A stretch of 57,790 bases of DNA from Candidatus Sericytochromatia bacterium (GTDB taxonomy: Bacteria; Cyanobacteriota; Sericytochromatia; S15B-MN24; UBA4093): NCBI GenBank assembly GCA_036676495.1, contig JAKFCT010000101.1, forward strand, positions 1 through 57,790, given 5' to 3'. The translations under genes and the position numbers were made by a program. A model generated the notes under the pieces. The model was given only the letters and a program-made list of their open reading frames with translations. It had not been told where the DNA came from and made no database searches. Shown here one piece after another: positions 9,679-19,586 of this stretch. Numbering within the stretch: the stretch's first letter is position 1; every line of letters starts with the position of its first letter.

Positions 9679-10176
9679 ATGCCCTATCAACCGATTCTCG
9701 CCACCCTGGCTTACGTCATGTCTCCAGACGGGGAGCGGGTGCTGCTGATTCACCGCAACGCGCGTCCCGACGATCACCACTACGGCAAGTACAACGGCCT
9801 GGGCGGCAAGCTGGATGCGGGAGAGTCCCTCGCGGACGGCGCCCGCCGGGAGCTGCGGGAGGAAGCGGGCATCGAGGCCACGGAGCTCACCTTGCGGGGA
9901 ACCATCAGCTGGCCCGGCTTCGGCAAGCACGGCGAAGACTGGATGGGCTTCATCTTCCGGGTGGACGCTTTCGAGGGGACGCCCCTGGAAGGCGGTCCCG
10001 AGGGGCAACTGGAATGGGTTCCGCTGTCCCGCTTGCTCAACGGGGATCTCAACCTCTGGGAAGGCGATCGCCACTTCCTCCCCCTCGTCTTCGACTCGAC
10101 TCCCGGCACCTTTCACGGCCTCATGCCCTACCAGGACGGCCGACCGGTTTCCTGGTCCTACTCCCGCGTCCACTAG
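9679..10176 (+). CDS. NUDIX hydrolase, 8-oxo-dGTP diphosphatase (MutT/MTH1-like)
   Basis: Nudix box GGKLDAGESLADGARRELREEAGI; LWEGDRHFL. Confidence 0.9.
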   Translation: MPYQPILATLAYVMSPDGERVLLIHRNARPDDHHYGKYNGLGGKLDAGESLADGARRELREEAGIEATELTLRGTISWPGFGKHGEDWMGFIFRVDAFEGTPLEGGPEGQLEWVPLSRLLNGDLNLWEGDRHFLPLVFDSTPGTFHGLMPYQDGRPVSWSYSRVH

Positions 10177-10191
10177 CAACTGGAGGTATCC

Positions 10192-10932
10192 ATGCGTTCC
10201 GGTAATCCCGCCCTTTCCGCCGCCACCTTCCAGGGCCTTCCCTCCGCTCGCGGAGATCGGATGACCCTCTCGGGAACCGTCAACAAATCGCTCATCATGC
10301 TCGTCCTGGTGATCGCCGGCGCCTTCTTCAGCTGGAACCAGGCCCTGGTCCAGGACAACAACGCCCTGCTTCCCCTGCTGATGGGTGGGGGCGCCATCGG
10401 AGGCCTCGTGGTCGCCCTGGTGACCGTTTTCAAGAAGGATTGGGCTCCGATCACCGCCCCGCTTTACGCCGTCCTCGAAGGCCTCTTCCTGGGAGGGCTC
10501 TCCAGCCTGCTTAACCAGGCCTACCCGGGCATCGTGATCCAGGCGGTGAGCTTGACCTTCGGCGTGGCCCTCAGCCTGCTGCTCGTCTACCGCTCGGGGC
10601 TGATCAAGGTGACCGAGAACTTCCGGCTGGGCATCACGGCCGCCACCGGGGGGATCTTCCTGGTCTACCTGGTGAATCTCGGCATGAGCTTCTTCGGGAT
10701 GCGCATCCCGTTCATCCACGAGGGCGGGCTGTTCGGGATCGGCTTCAGCCTCTTCGTGGTGGCGATCGCCGCCCTCAACCTGGTCCTGGACTTCGACTTC
10801 ATCGAGCAAGGCGCCGAAGCCGGCTCGCCCAAGTACATGGAGTGGTACGGGGCCTTCGGCCTCATGGTCACGCTGATCTGGCTCTACATCGAGATCCTTC
10901 ACCTGCTCGCCAAGATGCAGAAACGCGACTAG
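10192..10932 (+). CDS. Bax inhibitor-1/YccA family membrane protein
   Basis: MRSGNP start, multiple TM segments, LDFDFIE, EWYGAFGLMVTLIWLYIEIL. Confidence 0.9.
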   Translation: MRSGNPALSAATFQGLPSARGDRMTLSGTVNKSLIMLVLVIAGAFFSWNQALVQDNNALLPLLMGGGAIGGLVVALVTVFKKDWAPITAPLYAVLEGLFLGGLSSLLNQAYPGIVIQAVSLTFGVALSLLLVYRSGLIKVTENFRLGITAATGGIFLVYLVNLGMSFFGMRIPFIHEGGLFGIGFSLFVVAIAALNLVLDFDFIEQGAEAGSPKYMEWYGAFGLMVTLIWLYIEILHLLAKMQKRD

Positions 10933-11008
10933 CCCCGATGGCCCGCATGGCGGGTCGCCTCCCGGCGGGCGGTCGCCTCCCGGAAGGGTTTGATGTAGAC
11001 TAATCCTA

Positions 11009-12193
11009 GTGCCCCCCTATCAATGGAGACCGCCCGTGGAACGTCAAAAGACCGTACTTTGCCTCGCCTGCGTCAAGGTGGGCCGCCCCTTCATGATCTA
11101 CGCCAAGCAACTCGGCGCGCGCGTCATCCTGCTGACGGCCGATAACTGCCGCGACGAGGAATGGCCCAAGGAGATCGACCGGATCGTCACCGTCAAGAAC
11201 ATCCTCGACCCCAAGGCCGTCCGCGAGGCCGTCGACAAGCTGATCATCCAGGACGAGGAGATCATCGACCGCGTGGTGGCCCTGGCCGACCAGGACGTCG
11301 AGAACGCCGCCATGCTCCGCGATCACCTGCGCCTTCCCGGGCTCAAGGAGTCCGAGGCCCGCTACTTCCGCGACAAGCTCGCCATGCGCATGAAGGCCAA
11401 GGAAGCCGGCATCCCCGTGCCCGCCTTCACCCATGCCATCCACCGCGGCCGGGTCTTCGGCTTCATGCAGGAGGTCGAGCCTCCCTACATGCTCAAGGTC
11501 CGCGACGGCGTGGCCGCCGTCGGCGTCTCCAAGATCGAGACCCGCGACGCCATGTGGCCCGCCCTCGACAAGCTCGGCGCCAAGGCCTCGAACTACCTGG
11601 TCGAGAAGTACACCGCCGGCGACGTCTACCACGTCGACTCGATCGTCGTGAACGGCAAGGTCGTCTTCGCCGTCGCCAACCGCTACGGCGTGCCCATCTT
11701 CAACCTCCAGAAGGGCGGCAGCTACATCAGCATGATGCTCGACCGCAAGAGCAAGATGTACAAGCGCCTGCTCGAGCTCAACGAGAAGCTCCTGCCCGCC
11801 CTGGGCATGCAGGACGGCGTGACCCACGTCGAGTACATCCACGGCAAGGATGACGACACGATCTACTTCCTCGAGGCCGCCGCCCGCGTCGGAGCCTCCA
11901 AGATCCCCGACGTCATCTACCAGGCCACCGGCATCTGCCTCTGGCATGAATGGGCCAAGATCGAGCTGGGCGAGAAGTACACCCTGCCCAAGGCGACCAA
12001 GAAGGATTACGCCGGCGCGATTTTCACGGTCTCGAAGTTCCATCACTCCGACCTCTCGGCCTTCACCGCCCCCGAGGTCGTCTGGCGCTCCAACAAGCCG
12101 GGCCTTGCCGGGTTGATGGTCCACGCCGATTCGGCGAAGCGCGTCGAGGAACTGCTCACCGAGTACGACCCCGCCTTCGCGAAGTTCCGGTAA
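11009..12193 (+). CDS. ATP-grasp domain protein
   Basis: FRDKLAMR, YLVEKY..GDVYHVDS, THVEYI, FLEAAARVG; start uncertain (GTG 11009 or 11036). Confidence 0.85.
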   Translation: MPPYQWRPPVERQKTVLCLACVKVGRPFMIYAKQLGARVILLTADNCRDEEWPKEIDRIVTVKNILDPKAVREAVDKLIIQDEEIIDRVVALADQDVENAAMLRDHLRLPGLKESEARYFRDKLAMRMKAKEAGIPVPAFTHAIHRGRVFGFMQEVEPPYMLKVRDGVAAVGVSKIETRDAMWPALDKLGAKASNYLVEKYTAGDVYHVDSIVVNGKVVFAVANRYGVPIFNLQKGGSYISMMLDRKSKMYKRLLELNEKLLPALGMQDGVTHVEYIHGKDDDTIYFLEAAARVGASKIPDVIYQATGICLWHEWAKIELGEKYTLPKATKKDYAGAIFTVSKFHHSDLSAFTAPEVVWRSNKPGLAGLMVHADSAKRVEELLTEYDPAFAKFR

Positions 12194-12197
12194 GGCC

Positions 12198-13211
12198 GTG
12201 AGAAAGCGCCCCGAGGCGCCCTCCGCGAAGCCCCCCCGGGGACCGAAAGGTTCCCGGGGGGAGGCTTCAAAGCGCGAGGGGCCTGAAGACCTTGCCCCCG
12301 TGGAGAAAGCTCCCCGCGAATACCCCCTGATCCAGTGGTTCCCGGGGCATATCGCCAAAGCCCAGCGGGAACTGAAGGAGCGACTGACGGTCGTCGACTT
12401 CGTCCTGGAACTGGTGGACGCCCGGATTCCCCAGAGCAGCCGCTTCGAAGAGACGCGCCAGCTCATCTCCCAGAAGCCCTCGATCTTGGTGCTCACCAAG
12501 ACCGACCTGGCCGAGCCCGCCAAGACCCAGGCCTGGCTCGCGTACTTCAAGGCCCAGGGGGTGAAGGCGATCGCGCTGAACGCCCAGAAGGGCCAGGGCT
12601 TCGAGGCCCTGCATGCGGCCATCGCCGAGCGGACCGCCGCCGTGCACGCCAAGATGCGCGCCCGCGGCCGCAACCCGCGAGCCGCCCGCATCATGGTGGT
12701 CGGCCTCCCCAACGTGGGAAAGAGCTCGCTGATCAACCGCCTCGCAAAGAAGCGGGCCGCCGTCGCCGGCGACAAGCCCGGCGTCACCCGCGCCCCGAGC
12801 TGGATCCGGCTGGGCAAGAACCTCGAATTGCTCGACACCCCCGGCATCATCCCCCCCAAGCTGGAGGATCCAATCGGCGCCCTGCGGCTCGCCATGACCG
12901 GCTCGGTCAGCAGCGAGGCCTACGATCCCATCGAGGTCGCCCGCTACGGCATCACCATGCTCAAGCAGGTTTCGCCGGGCGTGCTCGCCAAGTTCGGCGG
13001 GGCGGACGCCACCCTCGAATCCTTCGCGCGCTTCCGCAGCCTGATTCGCGAGGGAGACCAGCCCGACCTCGAGCGCGCCTCCCGGACGTTCCTTCACGAA
13101 CTGCGCGGCGGCAGCCTGGGCCTGGTCACGCTGGATCCGCCCCCGGAAGCCTCGGAGGCAGAGCCCGAGACGATCGAGCTGGTCGAGCTGAACGACGACC
13201 TGCCGGAATGA
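12198..13211 (+). CDS. ylqF: Ribosome biogenesis GTPase YlqF/RbgA
   Basis: IQWFPGHIAKA, DARIP, TKTD, GLPNVGKSSLIN, DTPG (circularly permuted GTPase). Confidence 0.95.
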   Translation: MRKRPEAPSAKPPRGPKGSRGEASKREGPEDLAPVEKAPREYPLIQWFPGHIAKAQRELKERLTVVDFVLELVDARIPQSSRFEETRQLISQKPSILVLTKTDLAEPAKTQAWLAYFKAQGVKAIALNAQKGQGFEALHAAIAERTAAVHAKMRARGRNPRAARIMVVGLPNVGKSSLINRLAKKRAAVAGDKPGVTRAPSWIRLGKNLELLDTPGIIPPKLEDPIGALRLAMTGSVSSEAYDPIEVARYGITMLKQVSPGVLAKFGGADATLESFARFRSLIREGDQPDLERASRTFLHELRGGSLGLVTLDPPPEASEAEPETIELVELNDDLPE

Positions 13212-13356
13212 GGCACCGCCACGGCCCTCCTCAGGGAGAATCGGGGTCAAAAGCCCCGTCGCGGGCTACCGTCCCGCGTGGCAGAACGGTATACTGAAGG
13301 GAACATCAAGCGAGCAAAACCCGTCGTGCTCGCCCGATAACGAAAAGAGGCTCCCC

Positions 13357-13815
13357 TTGCGCATCGCGGTAGGCTCCGATCATGCGGGATTCCCGCTCAA
13401 AGCCGCCCTGGCGGGCTGGCTCCAGACCCTGGGCCATGAGGTCCTGGATCTCGGCACCCACTCCACCGACTCCGTCGATTACCCGCTCATCGGCTTCGAG
13501 GTCGCCGCGCGCGTCGCGCAGGGCGAGGCCGAGCGCGGGGTCCTGGTCTGCGGCTCCGGCATCGGAGTGAGCATCGCCGCCAACCGCGTCGCGGGAGCCC
13601 GGGCTGCCCTGGTCCAGGAACCCCTTTCCGCCCGCCTCGCCCGCGAGCATAACGACGCCAACGTCGTCTGCATGGGCTCCCGGCTGATCGGGGAGGAGAT
13701 GGCCCGCGAGATCGTGAAGGTCTTCCTCGACACCCCGTTCGAAGGGGGCCGCCATCAACGTCGCATCGACCAACTCGACCAGCACGCGCTGGCCGTCCCG
13801 TCCGAGGAGAGGTAA
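13357..13815 (+). CDS. rpiB: Ribose-5-phosphate isomerase B
   Basis: [29 protein letters not shown]. Confidence 0.95.
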   Translation: MRIAVGSDHAGFPLKAALAGWLQTLGHEVLDLGTHSTDSVDYPLIGFEVAARVAQGEAERGVLVCGSGIGVSIAANRVAGARAALVQEPLSARLAREHNDANVVCMGSRLIGEEMAREIVKVFLDTPFEGGRHQRRIDQLDQHALAVPSEER

Positions 13816-13816
13816 C

Positions 13817-15103
13817 GTGAACGAATTTCCGCATTTGCGCCAGGCCGACCCCGAGATCGCCACTCTCATTGACGCGGAGTTGGGCCGCCAGCGCGACCAC
13901 CTGGAGCTGATCGCCTCCGAGAACTTCACCAGCCGCGCCGTCATGGAAGCCATGGGCACCGTGCCGACCAACAAGTACGCCGAGGGCTACCCCGGAAAGC
14001 GCTACTACGGCGGTTGCGAGATTGTCGACGGCCTCGAGCAGCTGGCCATCGACCGCGCCAAGAAGCTCTTCGGCGCCGAGCACGCCAACGTCCAGCCTCA
14101 CTCGGGCGCCAACGCCAACACGGCCGTCTTCCTGGCCGCGCTCAAGCCCGGCGACACGGTCCTCGGCATGAACCTCGCCCACGGCGGCCACCTCACCCAT
14201 GGCTCGCCGGTCAACTTCTCGGGCCTCTACTACAACATCATCCCCTACGGGGTCGATGCCCAGACCGAGCGGATCGACTACGACGAGCTGCATAAGCTCG
14301 CCGTCGAGCACAAACCCAAGATGATCATCGCGGGCGCCTCGGCCTACAGCCGGGAAATCGACTTCGCGCGCTTCCGGGCGATCGCCGACGAGGTCGGCGC
14401 CCTCCTCATGGTCGACATGGCCCATATCGCCGGCCTGGTCGCCGCGGGCCTCCACCCGTCGCCGGTGCCGCACGCCCACTTCGTCACCACCACCACCCAC
14501 AAGACCCTGCGCGGCCCCCGCGGCGGCATGATCCTCTGCACCGAGGAATGGGCCAAGGCCATCGACAAGGCCGTCTTCCCCGGCTCCCAGGGCGGCCCCC
14601 TGATGCACGTCATCGCGGCCAAGGCCGTCTCCTTCAAGGAAGCCCTGGATCCCTCCTTCGTGGAGTACCAGAAGCAGGTGATCGCCAACGCCAGGACGCT
14701 GGCCGAGACCCTCGGCAAGGAAGGCCTGCGGATCGTCTCGGGCGGCACCGACAACCACCTGATGCTGGTGGACCTGCGCGCCGTGAACCTCACGGGCAAG
14801 GAAGCCAGCGCCCTCTTGGACGAGGTCGGCATCACCGTCAACAAGAACACCATCCCCAACGACCCCACCAGCCCCTTCGTCACCAGCGGCGTCCGGATCG
14901 GCACTCCTGCCATGACCACCCGCGGCATGAAGGAGCCCGAGATGCGGAAGATCGGCGAGGCGATCGCCAGCATCCTGCGCGATCCCCAGGCACCGGTCGT
15001 CCGCACCCAGGTCGAGCGCACCGTCGCTCAGCTCTGCCGCGACTTCCCCCTCTACGCCGAGGCGGGTGACCGGCAAACCGACGCGGTCGCGGCGAAGAGG
15101 TAA
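13817..15103 (+). CDS. glyA: Serine hydroxymethyltransferase
   Basis: [42 protein letters not shown]. Confidence 0.98.
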   Translation: MNEFPHLRQADPEIATLIDAELGRQRDHLELIASENFTSRAVMEAMGTVPTNKYAEGYPGKRYYGGCEIVDGLEQLAIDRAKKLFGAEHANVQPHSGANANTAVFLAALKPGDTVLGMNLAHGGHLTHGSPVNFSGLYYNIIPYGVDAQTERIDYDELHKLAVEHKPKMIIAGASAYSREIDFARFRAIADEVGALLMVDMAHIAGLVAAGLHPSPVPHAHFVTTTTHKTLRGPRGGMILCTEEWAKAIDKAVFPGSQGGPLMHVIAAKAVSFKEALDPSFVEYQKQVIANARTLAETLGKEGLRIVSGGTDNHLMLVDLRAVNLTGKEASALLDEVGITVNKNTIPNDPTSPFVTSGVRIGTPAMTTRGMKEPEMRKIGEAIASILRDPQAPVVRTQVERTVAQLCRDFPLYAEAGDRQTDAVAAKR

Positions 15104-15106
15104 GAC

Positions 15107-16174
15107 GTGCCCGAATTCTGGCCGCTCATCATGGCCGTCGCCCTGATGAGCTCCTGGTTGACCGCGGATATCCTCATCCCCTGGGTGGTGCGCTTCGCTC
15201 ACCGGATCGGCAACGTCGACAAGCCCGACGCCCGAAAGGTGCACAAGGAGCCCATCGCCCGGTTGGGGGGGATCGCCATCTTCGCCGGCTTCCTCGCCTC
15301 CCTGGCGGCCCTCGAATGGCTCGTTCCCGGCCCCCTGTTCACGCTCGACAGCCCCCTGGGCGGAGTGCTGGCAGGGGCCTCGGCCATGTTCCTCATCGGG
15401 GTGGCCGACGACCTCAAGCCATTGCCTGCCAAGCTCAAGCTCGTGCTGCAGATTGGCGCCGCCGGCCTCGCCTACTGGCTGGGAGTGCGCATCGAGTTCC
15501 TCTCGAATCCCCTCGGGGACGGGATCTGGGTGCTGCCGACCGCCCTCTCGGTGGGCCTCACCTTGTTCTGGCTGGTGGGCATCACCAACACCATCAACCT
15601 GATCGACGGTCTCGACGGCCTGGCGGGAGGCGTCAGCCTGATCGCCGCCGGCACCATGACCCTGATCGCGCTTCAGACCAACCAGCCGACCGCCGCCCTC
15701 ATGACCCTGGCCCTCGCCGGCGGCATCATCGGCTTCCTGCGCTACAACTTCAACCCCGCCAAGATCTTCATGGGCGACTCGGGAAGCCTCTTCCTGGGCT
15801 TCACCTTGGCCGCCATCTCGATCATGGGCGTCCTCAAGCTCGTCGCCACCGTCGCCCTGGCCCTGCCCCTCCTGATCCTGGGCGTCCCCATCTTCGACAC
15901 GGCTTTCGCCATCGTGCGGCGCGCCTGGAACCACAAGCCCATCTTCTCGCCCGACCGCGGCCACCTGCACCATCGCCTCCTCAACGCGGGCCTCTCGCAG
16001 CGCAAGGCGGTCGTCGTGATCTACGGCTTCAGCCTCCTGCTGGGCGGCGCCTCCCTGACCCTCCTGGGGATGAGCGGCGGCCCCACCATGATCGTCGTGG
16101 CCTGCCTCTTCATCGCATGGGGAGGCTGGGGCGTCCTGCGCTCCCGGCTCGCCGCCCGCCCCCCCGAAAGCTAA
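15107..16174 (+). CDS. wecA: Undecaprenyl-phosphate GlcNAc-1-P transferase (WecA/TagO, MraY family)
   Basis: RKVH...GGIAI, DD, NLIDGLDGLA, NFNPAKIFMGDSG, DRGHLHHRL. Confidence 0.88.
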   Translation: MPEFWPLIMAVALMSSWLTADILIPWVVRFAHRIGNVDKPDARKVHKEPIARLGGIAIFAGFLASLAALEWLVPGPLFTLDSPLGGVLAGASAMFLIGVADDLKPLPAKLKLVLQIGAAGLAYWLGVRIEFLSNPLGDGIWVLPTALSVGLTLFWLVGITNTINLIDGLDGLAGGVSLIAAGTMTLIALQTNQPTAALMTLALAGGIIGFLRYNFNPAKIFMGDSGSLFLGFTLAAISIMGVLKLVATVALALPLLILGVPIFDTAFAIVRRAWNHKPIFSPDRGHLHHRLLNAGLSQRKAVVVIYGFSLLLGGASLTLLGMSGGPTMIVVACLFIAWGGWGVLRSRLAARPPES

Positions 16175-16198
16175 CTCGATTCGATAAAGGAGTCTCGC

Positions 16199-17344
16199 GT
16201 GAACCCCGTCGTGCTCTGCGTCTTCGGCACTCGCCCCGAGGCGGTGAAGATGGCGCCCGTCGTCAAGGCCCTGCAACAGGCCCCGGATCTGGACGTGAAG
16301 GTCTGCGTGACCGCGCAGCACCGCCAGATGCTGGACCAGGTGCTCGACCTCTTCGGGATCGAACCCGAGCACGATCTCGACCTCATGCAGCCCGGCCAGA
16401 CCCTCAGCGATCTCACCAGCCGCGTGCTCACCCAGCTCACCCCGGTGCTTGGCAGCGTGAAGCCCGCCCTCGTGCTCGTGCATGGCGACACCACCACGAC
16501 CTTCGCCGCCAGCCTCGCCTCCTTCTACCAGCAGATCCCGGTGGGCCACGTCGAAGCGGGGCTCCGCACCGACGACATGTACAACCCCTTCCCCGAGGAG
16601 ATGAACCGCCGCCTCACCTCGCAACTCTCCTCCCTGCACTTCGCGCCCACCCCCCAGTCGGTCCAAAACCTCCACGAGGACGGCGTGACCGAGGGCATCT
16701 TCCTCACCGGCAACACCGTCATCGACGCCCTCCTCGAGACCGCCTCCAAGATCACTCCCGAGCCCCAGGCGGGGCGGACGATCCTCGTCACGGCCCACCG
16801 CCGGGAGAACTGGGGAGAGCCGCTGCGCGACATCTGCCTCGCCGTGCGGGATCTCGTCGAGCGCAACCCGGACGTCCGGGCCGTCTTCCCGGTTCACCTC
16901 AACCCCCTGGTCCAGAACACCGCCCGCGAGATCCTGGGCGACCTCGACCGGGTCTCCTTGATCGCCCCGCTGGACTACGCTCCCTTCGTCAAGGCGATGA
17001 AGGAAGCGACCCTGATCCTCACCGACTCCGGCGGCGTCCAGGAGGAAGGTCCCTCCCTCGGCAAGCCCGTCCTGGTCATGCGGACCACCACCGAGCGGCC
17101 CGAGGCCGTCGAGGCGGGCACCGTCCGCCTGGTCGGCGTCAAGCGCGAGGACATCGTCCGCAACGCGCAGGAACTGCTCGACGACGCTGGGGCCTACGGC
17201 CGCATGGCAAACGCCGTGAACCCTTACGGGGACGGCCATGCCGCCCGGCGTCACGTCGAGGCGATCCGGTTCTTCCTGGGGCTGCGCGCCGACCGTCCCA
17301 CCGACGAATTTCAACCGGATCGCACACCCACCGGTCGTGCTTGA
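16199..17344 (+). CDS. wecB: UDP-GlcNAc 2-epimerase (non-hydrolysing)
   Basis: FGTRPEAVKMAP, HGDTTT, HVEAGLR, PFPEEMNR, TDSGGVQEE, TERPE. Confidence 0.96.
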   Translation: MNPVVLCVFGTRPEAVKMAPVVKALQQAPDLDVKVCVTAQHRQMLDQVLDLFGIEPEHDLDLMQPGQTLSDLTSRVLTQLTPVLGSVKPALVLVHGDTTTTFAASLASFYQQIPVGHVEAGLRTDDMYNPFPEEMNRRLTSQLSSLHFAPTPQSVQNLHEDGVTEGIFLTGNTVIDALLETASKITPEPQAGRTILVTAHRRENWGEPLRDICLAVRDLVERNPDVRAVFPVHLNPLVQNTAREILGDLDRVSLIAPLDYAPFVKAMKEATLILTDSGGVQEEGPSLGKPVLVMRTTTERPEAVEAGTVRLVGVKREDIVRNAQELLDDAGAYGRMANAVNPYGDGHAARRHVEAIRFFLGLRADRPTDEFQPDRTPTGRA

Positions 17345-17441
17345 GCATCCTGCGCCCGAAACCCGAGCCCTGCCTGGCACACGCGCCTTGATGAAGTAAT
17401 TTTTCGCTTCACATAACCCTACGCGCCAGATTACGTTTCGT

Positions 17442-17467
17442 AAACCCGCTAAGCAAGCGGGCTTTTT
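17442..17467 (+). terminator. Possible terminator after wecB
   Basis: cccgct-aagca-agcggg followed by ctttt. Confidence 0.5.
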
Positions 17468-17470
17468 CGG

Positions 17471-17499
17471 TTGTCCATGGAGCGGTCGGTTGTTATAAT
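17471..17499 (+). promoter_or_regulatory. sigma70 promoter of the Crp-family gene
   Basis: TTGTCC-N17-TATAAT with TGn extension. Confidence 0.75.
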
Positions 17500-17578
17500 T
17501 CCACCTACCAATCGACACGATCACATCATGTAAACACTGATCCATGTGTGCGCCCCGATGAGGGCAAGGAGGACTTCT

Positions 17579-18286
17579 TTGACTCAGAAGGACACGCCAG
17601 GCGCCGCCAACACGCTCGCATTCCTCCAGCGCGTCTCGATCTTCAGCGGGGTGGCCACGGAGAGCCTTCAGCGGATCGCCACCATCACCGGCGAGAAGTC
17701 CTACCCCAAGAAGGGCATCATCTTCCACGAGGGCGACGCCGGAGACACCCTTTACATCATCAAGACCGGTCGCGTGAAGATCTCCAAGATCACCGAGGAC
17801 GGCCGCGAGAAGACCCTCACGATCATGAAGTCCGGGGACTTCTTCGGGGAGATGGCCATCTTCGACGACCTCCCGCGCTCCGCGACCGCCGAGGTGATCG
17901 ACGACGCCGCCACCGTCTACACGGTCAGCAAGCGCGACTTCGAGCGGATCATCATCGAGCACCCGCCCATCGCCCTCCAGATCATGCGCGACCTCACCCG
18001 GCGCATCCGCCACGTCAACCAGCAGGTCGAGGATCTCGCCTTCAAGGACGTGCACGAGCGCGTCGCCAGCACCCTCTGCAACCTCTCCAAGATCGAAGGC
18101 CGGCAGATCGGCAGCAAGGTGATGATCAACCTCAAGATGACCCACCAGGACCTGGCCAACATGGTGGGCTCCAGCCGCGAGACCGTCACCCGCGCGCTGA
18201 ACCGCCTGCAGGACGAAGGCATCATCTCGATCGCCCACCAGCAGATCACCATCAACATGCCGACCGCCCTGGCGATGTGGCACTGA
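17579..18286 (+). CDS. Crp/Fnr family transcriptional regulator
   Basis: cNMP domain FFGEMA...PRSATA; HTH THQDLANMVGSSRETVTR; TTG start after AGGAGG. Confidence 0.93.
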   Translation: MTQKDTPGAANTLAFLQRVSIFSGVATESLQRIATITGEKSYPKKGIIFHEGDAGDTLYIIKTGRVKISKITEDGREKTLTIMKSGDFFGEMAIFDDLPRSATAEVIDDAATVYTVSKRDFERIIIEHPPIALQIMRDLTRRIRHVNQQVEDLAFKDVHERVASTLCNLSKIEGRQIGSKVMINLKMTHQDLANMVGSSRETVTRALNRLQDEGIISIAHQQITINMPTALAMWH

Positions 18287-18304
18287 TCCCTCTCCGAAAA
18301 GACC

Positions 18305-18333
18305 AAAACCCGGGCCTAACGGCCCGGGTTTTT
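18305..18333. terminator. Bidirectional terminator
   Basis: aaaa-cccgggcc-taac-ggcccggg-ttttt. Confidence 0.85.
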
Positions 18334-18349
18334 GCTTGATCCCCTCGCA

Positions 18350-18429
18350 CGTCATTCCCGCGAACGCGGGAATCCAGGCTCAAGGTCCTGGGTGAGGCTC
18401 ACTGGACTCCCGCTTTCGCGGGAGTGACG
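18350..18429. repeat. REP/REPIN-like palindromic element (GTCATTCCCGCG type)
   Basis: cgtcattcccgcgaacgcgggaatcca...tggactcccgctttcgcgggagtgacg: two inverted, internally palindromic units. Confidence 0.8.
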
Positions 18430-18436
18430 GAAAGGG

Positions 18437-19579
18437 TTAGCTCATGCCCCGCGAGTAGTTGGGGGCTTCGTTGGTGATCATCACGTCGTGGGCATGCGAC
18501 TCCCGCATCCCCGCGCCGGAGATCCGGATGAAGCGCGCCTGGGTCTTGAGGGCCTCGATGGTCTTGAAGCCGCAGTAGCCCATCCCCTTGCGCAGGCCTC
18601 CCACGAGCTGGTGGATGAGATCGTTCGCCGATCCGGTGAGCGGCACCATGCCTTCCACTCCTTCCGGCACCAGCGGCCCCTGGGCGTTCTTCCCGTAGCG
18701 ATCGTTGGTGTCGTTCTGGAGCGCTCCGATAGAGCCCATGCCGCGGTAGACCTTGTAGGGCCGCCCGCCGAAGATGACCTCCTGGCCGGGGCTCTCCTTG
18801 GTGCGGGCGAAGAGGCTGCCGAGCATGACCACGTCCGCGCCGGCGGCGATCGCCTTGGTGATGTCACCCGAGTACTGGATGCCGCCGTCGGCGATCACCG
18901 GGACCCCGGCCGCGTGCGCCACCGAAGCTACCGCGCGCAGGGCCGAGATCTGGGGCACGCCCACGCCCGCCACGATGCGAGTCGTGCAGATCGACCCCGG
19001 GCCGATGCCCACCTTGAGGGCGTCCGCTCCCGCGGCGATGAGGGCCTCGGCCGCCTCCGCCGTCGCGATGTTGCCGGCGATCACCTGGACGGACGGGTAG
19101 GCGCCCTTGATCTCCTTGAGGGCGTCGATGACGTTCTTGGAGTGCCCGTGAGCCGTATCGATCGCGAGCACGTCGGCTCCTGCCTCCAAGAGAGCGGACG
19201 CCCGTTCGAGGACCTGGCCGACGCCCACGGCGGCGCCCACCATGAGGCGCCCCTTGGCGTCGAGGGCGGCGTTGGGGTGCAGCTCGCGGCTCACGGTCGA
19301 TTCGAGCTTGACCTTGCTGACCTCGGCCGCCTGCGCCTCGATGCTCAGGTTGCGGTGAATGATGCCCAGGCCCCCGTGCTGGGCCAGGGTGGTGGCCATT
19401 CCGGCCTCCGTCACCGTGTCCATGGCCGCCGAGATCAACGGGATGTTCAGCCAGAGTTCGCGCGTCAGACGGGTCGAGAGCTGGGCTTCCGACGGCAGGA
19501 AGTCGGTGTAGCCCGGCAGCAAGAGCACGTCGTCGAAGGTCAAGCCTTCGGGCATCGCCGGGATTTCAAAGGGGTTCAT
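18437..19579 (-). CDS. guaB: IMP dehydrogenase without the CBS subdomain
   Basis: [46 protein letters not shown]; only 380 aa. Confidence 0.95.
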   Translation of the reverse strand: MNPFEIPAMPEGLTFDDVLLLPGYTDFLPSEAQLSTRLTRELWLNIPLISAAMDTVTEAGMATTLAQHGGLGIIHRNLSIEAQAAEVSKVKLESTVSRELHPNAALDAKGRLMVGAAVGVGQVLERASALLEAGADVLAIDTAHGHSKNVIDALKEIKGAYPSVQVIAGNIATAEAAEALIAAGADALKVGIGPGSICTTRIVAGVGVPQISALRAVASVAHAAGVPVIADGGIQYSGDITKAIAAGADVVMLGSLFARTKESPGQEVIFGGRPYKVYRGMGSIGALQNDTNDRYGKNAQGPLVPEGVEGMVPLTGSANDLIHQLVGGLRKGMGYCGFKTIEALKTQARFIRISGAGMRESHAHDVMITNEAPNYSRGMS

Positions 19580-19586
19580 ATTTTGG

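Noticed and set aside
10953-10983. 13-bp direct repeat ggtcgcctcccgg x2
   Set aside because: Short, GC-rich, only two copies; probably a local duplication.
13487-18355. 1622-aa minus-strand ORF, and similar long antisense ORFs (e.g. 11006-12895, 49552-51426, 53337-55253)
   Set aside because: Shadow frames opposite well-supported genes, expected from high-GC codon bias; no recognisable motifs.
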